Assembly (NCBI GenBank): GCA_002898295.1
Contig: BEHX01000001.1
Location: forward strand, 115,790 to 179,789
Length of the DNA stretch: 64,000 nt
Reading direction: 5' to 3'
Source of the DNA: a bacterium HR21
GTDB taxonomy: Bacteria > Bacteroidota > Ignavibacteria > Kapaibacteriales > HRBIN21
In this document: piece after piece, positions 58,079-64,000 of the stretch
How positions within the stretch are numbered: the first letter of the stretch is position 1
How the letters are laid out: each line of letters opens with the position of its first letter
Program-made: the position numbers and the translations under genes
Notes under the pieces: generated by a model
Seen by the model: only the letters and a program-made list of their open reading frames with translations
What the model was told of the DNA's origin: nothing
Database searches by the model: none

Positions 58079-60706
58079 ATGCGACGGGTCGTGCTGGGGA
58101 TCATCGGTAGTGTCGGGATACTTCTGGGACAGCCGACGGTGGAGTGGTCAACCTTTCTGGGATCAACAGCACAGGATGAGCTGCGGGCTGTTGCCCGGGC
58201 ACAGGATGGTTCTGTTGTCCTGGCAGGGTGGACTCTCGGGGTCAATTTCCCCGTGCTGAATGCGTGGCAGCCGCAGAAGGCGGGAGGAGAAGATGCCGTT
58301 GTTGCGAAGTTCAGCCCTACCGGTTCTCTCCTGTGGGCGACCTACTTCGGTGGAAGTGGCAATGAACGTGCCCTGGGCGTTGCCCTCGATGGGGAGGGCA
58401 ATGTGTATGTGGTCGGGGTTACAACGAGTACCGATCTCCCTGTTGCCAATGCGGTGCAGAGCACGAAGTCGGGTGGGAGCGACGCGTTTGTGGTGAAATT
58501 CTCCCCTAGCGGACAGCGCCTCTGGGCAACGTACTACGGAGGCAATGGCGACGATGCGGCAACCGCTGCGGTGGTGGATGCCCAGGGAATGCTCGATGTC
58601 ACCGGCTTTACTGCGAGCACGGACTTCCCCACCACGTCAAATGCGGTACAGCGGACATTAGCCGGCTATACCGACGCCTTCCTCCTTCAACTGCGTCCCG
58701 ATGGCATGCGCGTATGGGCCAGCTACTTCGGTGGAACGGCACCTGATTACGCTTCTGGAATTGCCGTTGACTCCCGGCGCCGGATATACCTTTGTGGGGA
58801 AACCAGCAGCCCTAACTTCCCCGTGCGCAATGCCTTCCAGACCAATATCGCCGGAGGAACGGATGCCTTCGTGGCGAGCTTTGGTCCTTTCGGCGCGTGG
58901 AACTGGTCGAGCTACTACGGCGGTAGCGATAATGACCGCGCCACTGCTGTGACGGTGACCCCGGAGGGGTTTGTCACCGTCGTGGGCATGACTGCCAGTG
59001 GGGATCTCCAGGTGACGCCCGTATGGCAGTTCCAGCATGGGGGAGGCAGCTCGGATGCATTCGTGCTCCAGCTCTCCTCTGATGGGCAATTCCGCTGGGC
59101 GAGCTTTCTGGGCGGCGCAGAGAGCGATGCCGCTCTAGGGTGTGCCAGCGATCCGGTCGGGAATCTCTACGTGACCGGGCGAACTGCGAGCTCCAATTTC
59201 CCACGGCTGGGTACGGATCGAGAGCATGCCGGAGGGGATGATCTCTTTGTGGTCAAACTGCATCGGAGCGGCATGCCACAGTGGAGCATACTCGTGGGAG
59301 GAAGCTCAAATGAGCAAGCATTTGCCCTGGCAGTGGATAGCTCCGGTGGCATTGCCTTCGTTGGAGTCAGTGGGAGCGATGATTTCCCTGTCTCTGCTGG
59401 TGCATACCAGACAACGCTTGCAGGGCTCAACGATGGGATTGTCGGGGTGCTCGGGGGCTACCTTCTGAGCCTTGAGCTGGAGCCTCTGCCAGGTCCGGTG
59501 CTCTGTACCGGAGGGAGTCTCTGGCTGCGGTGGCGCGTCCGGGGTGGGATGTTCGCTCCGGAGAATCTCTTCGTTGTCGAGCTCTCCGATGCGGGCGGGA
59601 GCTTCCAGTCCCCGCTCCGCCTGGATTCCCTGCGAGCACGGAGTGATACAGCCATGCACGTGTTCATCCCGGAACAGCCACCGGGGGGACAGTACCGGCT
59701 CCGCGTCGCAGCCACGCACCCACTGGCCTACAGCAATGATGGAGGCAGCTTCCCGTCGCAGCCGCATCCGAAAGAACCCCGCATCGCGCGTGATGGAGAT
59801 ACGGTTTTCTGCGAGGGGCGTCGCGTTGTGTTCTATGTCATTGAACCACAGCCGGGGGTGCACTACCGCTGGTGGCGCGATACACTTCCCGTTGCGGAGG
59901 ATGCTCTGATGTATGCAGCAATGGAATCGGGACTGTACACTGTTGAAGCCTACAACGCCTGTGGGAGCGTCCGCTCGCCGCAGAGTTTTCGGGTCACTGT
60001 GCAGCCTCTTCCACGTCGCCCTGTGATTACCCCGTCAGGGGAGGTCCGTCTCTGTAGTGGCGATACGTTGCAGCTCCGGATTGCCGGTGAGCCGGGAGTG
60101 AGCTACCTGTGGTTTCGGAACGACACAGCGCTGGCTGGGGCGCAGGACACGCTGCTCCGTGTCTGGCAGGCGGGGACGTATACCGTGGAGGCACGCAATG
60201 CGTGCGGGAGCCTACGAGCACAGCCTGTCTCGGTCCGAGTGGTTCCGCGTCCACCAAAGCCCGTGATTGGACGGCGTGGGGATACACTGGTCTCCAGCGC
60301 CTTGACGGGCAACCAGTGGCTCGATGAGAACAAGCAGCCCATACCGGGAGCAACACGGCGGGAATTCGTCCCGCCGCGGGATGGTACGTACTATGTCCAG
60401 GTTACTGTGGACAGCTGCAGCTCAATTTCCGAGCCGTATGTCTTTGTGCGGAGTGCTGTCGAGGAGGGCAGGGGAGGTCTGCCGCGGTGGCGCCTTGAGT
60501 CCTCGCTTCCGGGCGAGCTGCGCCTTGTTTTCGAAACTGTTGGGAAGGTCCGCATCCGAGTTGTGGACCTCTTGGGGCGCTGTGTCTGGGAACAGGAAGC
60601 GGTGGGAGAAGCTGTGCTGCCGAGCGCTCGATGGGCACCGGGCATCTACCTCCTCCAGCTCGGGGAGAGCGGATACTGGGAGGCTCGCCTCCTGCTGATT
60701 CGGTAG
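58079..60706 (+). CDS. secreted SBBP/beta-propeller-repeat protein with T9SS C-terminal sorting domain
   Basis: Signal peptide. At least eight ~50 aa repeats of the W(A/S)TY(F/Y)GG...D...A..(V/I)DxxGNxYVxGxT type. Ig-like repeats. C-terminal Por_Secre_tail pattern (RIRVVDLLGR...GIYLLQL). Confidence 0.65.
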   Translation: MRRVVLGIIGSVGILLGQPTVEWSTFLGSTAQDELRAVARAQDGSVVLAGWTLGVNFPVLNAWQPQKAGGEDAVVAKFSPTGSLLWATYFGGSGNERALGVALDGEGNVYVVGVTTSTDLPVANAVQSTKSGGSDAFVVKFSPSGQRLWATYYGGNGDDAATAAVVDAQGMLDVTGFTASTDFPTTSNAVQRTLAGYTDAFLLQLRPDGMRVWASYFGGTAPDYASGIAVDSRRRIYLCGETSSPNFPVRNAFQTNIAGGTDAFVASFGPFGAWNWSSYYGGSDNDRATAVTVTPEGFVTVVGMTASGDLQVTPVWQFQHGGGSSDAFVLQLSSDGQFRWASFLGGAESDAALGCASDPVGNLYVTGRTASSNFPRLGTDREHAGGDDLFVVKLHRSGMPQWSILVGGSSNEQAFALAVDSSGGIAFVGVSGSDDFPVSAGAYQTTLAGLNDGIVGVLGGYLLSLELEPLPGPVLCTGGSLWLRWRVRGGMFAPENLFVVELSDAGGSFQSPLRLDSLRARSDTAMHVFIPEQPPGGQYRLRVAATHPLAYSNDGGSFPSQPHPKEPRIARDGDTVFCEGRRVVFYVIEPQPGVHYRWWRDTLPVAEDALMYAAMESGLYTVEAYNACGSVRSPQSFRVTVQPLPRRPVITPSGEVRLCSGDTLQLRIAGEPGVSYLWFRNDTALAGAQDTLLRVWQAGTYTVEARNACGSLRAQPVSVRVVPRPPKPVIGRRGDTLVSSALTGNQWLDENKQPIPGATRREFVPPRDGTYYVQVTVDSCSSISEPYVFVRSAVEEGRGGLPRWRLESSLPGELRLVFETVGKVRIRVVDLLGRCVWEQEAVGEAVLPSARWAPGIYLLQLGESGYWEARLLLIR

Positions 60707-60797
60707 GCAGGTACCCCTGGAGATGGCGTCCTTTCGGCACAGTCGGATGCAGGACTCCGCTTCGGCTGGACAAGACGCTGTAATCAAGCACGACAGC

Positions 60798-62024
60798 ATG
60801 CGCGTAGCCATTGTCTGCGGGCATTTTATGCCAGAGGTCGGCTACCAGGAAGTGTGGATTGCCCGAACGCTTGCGCGCCTGGGTGCTCGCGTGCGAGTGG
60901 TGACTTCCGTGGCGGTTTCTTCCAGCGTACGCTGGCTGCGGCGTGCGCCGTATCCGGCAGGTCGCAGCTGGGTGCCCGAAGGGTATGAGATTGTGCGCTT
61001 GCCGGTTGCCTTCCGCTTTCGCTCGGCAGTGCTTTCCCGCGGGGTGGCAGAGGTTGTTGCAGAGTGGAGCCCGGAGCTCATCTGTCTGCTTGGCATCGGG
61101 AAGGTGTTCGGAACCAGGGTGCTGACCGAACCCGCCCTGCGGGATGTCCCAATTGTATGCTTTTTCAGCGAGTTAGATGAATACCGACGGCATCACTCTC
61201 TTCCAGCCCGACTTGTCTCCTGGCTCCAGGATCGAGGCTTGGAGCTATTCAAGGAATCGCTCTACCGGCGGGCGATTCGGCGCGCACAGCTGCTGGTGTG
61301 CAATTCCCCAGGAACTCTCCAGTGGCTGCATGCGCGCTGCCGTACGACCGAGGAGCGAGAAGCCTTGACCGCAAAGGCTCGTGTACTGACGTTGGGCTAT
61401 GACAGCCGGCTGTTTTTCTTCGATGCTACCGAACGCGAGCAGACACGTCAAGCTCTCGGCGTTGCGCCGGGAGATGTGGTGCTGGTAACGGTGACCCGCG
61501 TGGTGCCACAGAAGGGCTTGGAACGTATTGTCGATGCAGTTGGCGCTCTCCAGCACGCGGGGCTTCCCGTCTGGTATCTCCTCATTGGGGGCATGGGGAA
61601 TGCCTACGAGCGCGAGCTGCGTCGGCGCATGCAGGCGCAGCCTCGGCCAGAGCGCTTCCAATTGCTGCCTTTTGGGCAGGCAGAGGAGGTGCGGCAGCTC
61701 CTGGCAGGGGCGGATCTCGGGATCTGGATGCAGATCGCCATTTCAGCACACGAGGCGATGGGAACGGGATTGCCTGTGCTGCTCCCGCGCCGTTTCTCTC
61801 TGAGCCATCTCCTCACAGACGGTGTCACCGGCTGGTACTGGGATGAACCGGAGGGATTCGAAGAAGCGCTGGCGCAGGCTGTGGGACAGCTTGCACAGCT
61901 TTCCGAGCAGGAGCGCGTGCGGCAGCGACGACAGTTGGCACAGGAAAATGCTCGGCGGTTCGCCTATGAGGCGATTCTCCACCAGATTTTCCAAGAGCTC
62001 GGCATCCCACCATGGTGGCGCTAG
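60798..62024 (+). CDS. glycosyltransferase family 4 (group 1 GT)
   Basis: GT-B C-terminal domain with E-x7-E-like motif region (FGQAEEV...HEAMGTGLPVL). Confidence 0.65.
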   Translation: MRVAIVCGHFMPEVGYQEVWIARTLARLGARVRVVTSVAVSSSVRWLRRAPYPAGRSWVPEGYEIVRLPVAFRFRSAVLSRGVAEVVAEWSPELICLLGIGKVFGTRVLTEPALRDVPIVCFFSELDEYRRHHSLPARLVSWLQDRGLELFKESLYRRAIRRAQLLVCNSPGTLQWLHARCRTTEEREALTAKARVLTLGYDSRLFFFDATEREQTRQALGVAPGDVVLVTVTRVVPQKGLERIVDAVGALQHAGLPVWYLLIGGMGNAYERELRRRMQAQPRPERFQLLPFGQAEEVRQLLAGADLGIWMQIAISAHEAMGTGLPVLLPRRFSLSHLLTDGVTGWYWDEPEGFEEALAQAVGQLAQLSEQERVRQRRQLAQENARRFAYEAILHQIFQELGIPPWWR

Positions 62025-63688
62025 AGGGAAAGGAGCAGAAGCTGCCCTACGAGCTACTCCTGGGCTGCGCTCTGGGATGGGCTGGGGTGCTTATGGTCGG
62101 GCAGAGTTGGAACTTCCTCTACGCCGATGATGCGCTTCCATTTGTAGTGCGGGTATTCCAAGGACAGACACACCCACACCATCTCATCCTCGGGGTGCTG
62201 GCGGGGCTCAACGCGATGATAGGGTGGAGAGAGCCTCCGCAGTTTGTCTGGACCCTGGGGTTGGTGCGGGCATACGTGGTGCTCATGAGTATCCTGGGAC
62301 TTGTCGGGCTGGGGTATCTAGCATGGCGCTGGTTTCAGACACGGTGGGCAGTGGGGGTGGCTGTGCTTGTCACTGCGGGTAGCTATGGGTACTGGTCCTA
62401 CAGTGTTGTGCCGGACTTCTATGTGCCGGGGATCGCGGCGGTTATAGGGGCGGCGATTGCATTGGAGCACTTCCAGGTGACTGGACAGAGGTGGTGGCTC
62501 GCCGGGGTTGTGGGATGTGTGTGGTTGGCGGCGATGAATCATCAGAGTTACGCCGTTTTTGCCGTTATTGCAGCTTCCGTCCTCCTCCACGCCAAACAGC
62601 ACCGGAGCGCTACCTTCTTCCTCGCCTCCAGCCTCCTCCTGCTCGGAGCGACTTACGTTAGTGCCTTCCTCCTGCAGCATGAGTACCAAAGCCTTTGGCA
62701 CTTTGTGCTGGGATATGCCTCGCACATGCAGTTTACCCCCTATGATCACCTGCAGTGGCTGACACCCCTTTACGCTCTGGTTGGGATCGTGCGGGCGTGG
62801 ACGTTCCCCGAGTATTTCCTCCGCCTTGATCCCGTTGCGAGCTGGGCTCAGGAGCGTTGGAGGATGAAGCTTTTCCTCGATGAGCGCTTCCTGCTCCGGG
62901 GAATTGACCCCTTTCTCGCTGTACTACTCGGTGTTCTTGGGATTCTGGCGACCCTCTTCCTCGTTGGACTTGCTCTCCGGGAGGTGGGGAAGAGGAGGGA
63001 GCAGTTCCGAGGGCGATGGAGTTTCTCCGCGCTGCTCGGATGGGCATGCGTGTTGGGGGTTGTGGCTGTGTTCTGGGAGCCGAGCTCGAACGAATTCTGG
63101 CTCTGGATGCCTCCGGTAGGTGCCCTGCTTGTTGCCGGAGTCCGGGATAGATGGCGGTGGGCTGTCGCGGGAGCCGGGGGAGCGCTGGTGTTGACGACGG
63201 CGCCGGTGATTTGGCTGTACCGTTCGCCTGACAACGACATCTATAGCGTCAACAAGCAGTATCGTGAGCGCTTGAGCTCGGACGATGTCCTCCTCACGGC
63301 GGATTTCCAGCAGGTGCGTGCGCTCAACTGGCTTTATCCTACCCGAGCACGAGTCCTGGAGTTCGAGTTGGGGCGTCTTGAGTGGGAGGATCGGAGGCTG
63401 CAGCAGGTACTATGGGAGCTGGCTCGTCCGGAGGCGCGCGGGCGTCTTGTGCTTGACCCGTTGATTGTCATGCCTCATCCGTCGGAGAGTGCGCTCCGCA
63501 TGAAGCTGCCGCGGTACACGGAAGCCCATGTTGAGGGAGTGCTCCAGCGGATTGCGGCTTTTTGCCAGGCTGAGGCAGTGGGGACAGAGCCGCGCCGGCG
63601 TGTTCCGCTGCTCGGGGTGTGGCGGGACGGTGGGGGAGTGGTAGAGTTCCAGAGACGCCAGCTGCCTGGGATGCAATGGGTGCAGTGA
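62012..63688 (+). CDS. polytopic integral membrane protein (about 12 TM helices, GT-C/polymerase-like), function unknown
   Basis: Highly hydrophobic with a large C-terminal soluble domain. Overlaps the GT4 stop. Confidence 0.5.
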   Translation: MVALEGKEQKLPYELLLGCALGWAGVLMVGQSWNFLYADDALPFVVRVFQGQTHPHHLILGVLAGLNAMIGWREPPQFVWTLGLVRAYVVLMSILGLVGLGYLAWRWFQTRWAVGVAVLVTAGSYGYWSYSVVPDFYVPGIAAVIGAAIALEHFQVTGQRWWLAGVVGCVWLAAMNHQSYAVFAVIAASVLLHAKQHRSATFFLASSLLLLGATYVSAFLLQHEYQSLWHFVLGYASHMQFTPYDHLQWLTPLYALVGIVRAWTFPEYFLRLDPVASWAQERWRMKLFLDERFLLRGIDPFLAVLLGVLGILATLFLVGLALREVGKRREQFRGRWSFSALLGWACVLGVVAVFWEPSSNEFWLWMPPVGALLVAGVRDRWRWAVAGAGGALVLTTAPVIWLYRSPDNDIYSVNKQYRERLSSDDVLLTADFQQVRALNWLYPTRARVLEFELGRLEWEDRRLQQVLWELARPEARGRLVLDPLIVMPHPSESALRMKLPRYTEAHVEGVLQRIAAFCQAEAVGTEPRRRVPLLGVWRDGGGVVEFQRRQLPGMQWVQ

Positions 63689-64000
63689 TACGCCTCCTGG
63701 CAGCCGTGCCAACGCCTCCGCCCTATGCCGGACCGGAGGTTGGGATGGAGCTCTTGATGCGATACTGGAGTTCGGAGCGGGTCGAGCTTGTCCATGTGCG
63801 TACCACGGTTCGTCGGAGCAATGCCGAGAAAGGGCGCTGGGATGTGCACGGAATCAGACGGGGCATAGGAGTGTGGTGGCGATACTGTGTTGCGCTCTGG
63901 CGCTGGCGTCCGCACGTTGTGTTCGTGCTGCTCTCTTCGAGCTGGGTAGGGTTCGTGCGAGATGTGCTCATGATTGTCACGGCACGGCTTTTCGGTGCAC
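63685..64000 (+). CDS. putative glycosyltransferase, N-terminal fragment (GTG start; continues past the window end)
   Basis: Open frame from the GTG at 63685 that overlaps the preceding stop (GTGA). The translation VIRLLAAVPTPPPYAGPEVGMELLMRYW... resembles a GT4-type N-terminus. It is absent from the supplied ORF track because that track lists only ATG-started ORFs. Confidence 0.3.
   Translation, partial: MIRLLAAVPTPPPYAGPEVGMELLMRYWSSERVELVHVRTTVRRSNAEKGRWDVHGIRRGIGVWWRYCVALWRWRPHVVFVLLSSSWVGFVRDVLMIVTARLFGA

Noticed and set aside
1-64000. CRISPR arrays, IS elements, transposases, prophage or toxin-antitoxin modules
   Set aside because: No regularly spaced direct repeats, no inverted-repeat-flanked transposase-like ORFs, and no low-GC stretches were found by eye. 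Every sizeable ORF has a plausible chromosomal function.

Overview
High-GC (~65%) bacterial chromosomal segment with no detectable mobile elements, prophage, CRISPR array or GC-atypical island. Coding density is very high, with many 1-4 nt start/stop overlaps. Gene content points to a Bacteroidota/Rhodothermota-type organism: type IX secretion (T9SS) components (PorU-PorV sortase locus and a second PorV/PorQ-family barrel), at least three proteins with T9SS C-terminal sorting domains, Nqo-type complex I subunits, and a thermophile-like CopA with a C-terminal metal-binding domain. Housekeeping genes include purD (5' truncated at the window start), galE-like epimerase, an SSS transporter, pgsA-like, tsaC, nuoA-nuoB, pruA, copA plus an HMA chaperone, ldh, nusB, murB, the conserved dusB-tilS-hpt-ftsH cluster, mpg, rsmI, metG, yebC-ruvC, a ppiD-like PPIase, and two tRNA-Arg genes (TCT and TCG) that exactly bracket an RqcH/NFACT homolog. 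The most interesting regions are: (i) an alpha-oxoamine synthase + SDR pair (candidate sphingolipid/sulfonolipid head-group module) in one tight operon with a PorV/PorQ-family outer-membrane barrel and two lipoproteins; (ii) a PorU(1646 aa)-PorV operon extended by an FN3 lipoprotein, an SLBB/Wza-like protein and a solute-binding lipoprotein; (iii) a DUF1800/DUF1501 TAT pair whose DUF1501 member carries a T9SS C-terminal domain; (iv) a secreted endonuclease I with a T9SS C-terminal domain; (v) a Crp/Fnr regulator divergent from a DsrMK/HdrD-like membrane Fe-S oxidoreductase, with an FNR-like palindrome between them. All functional calls rest on motif recognition in the translated ORFs; none could be confirmed by database search here.
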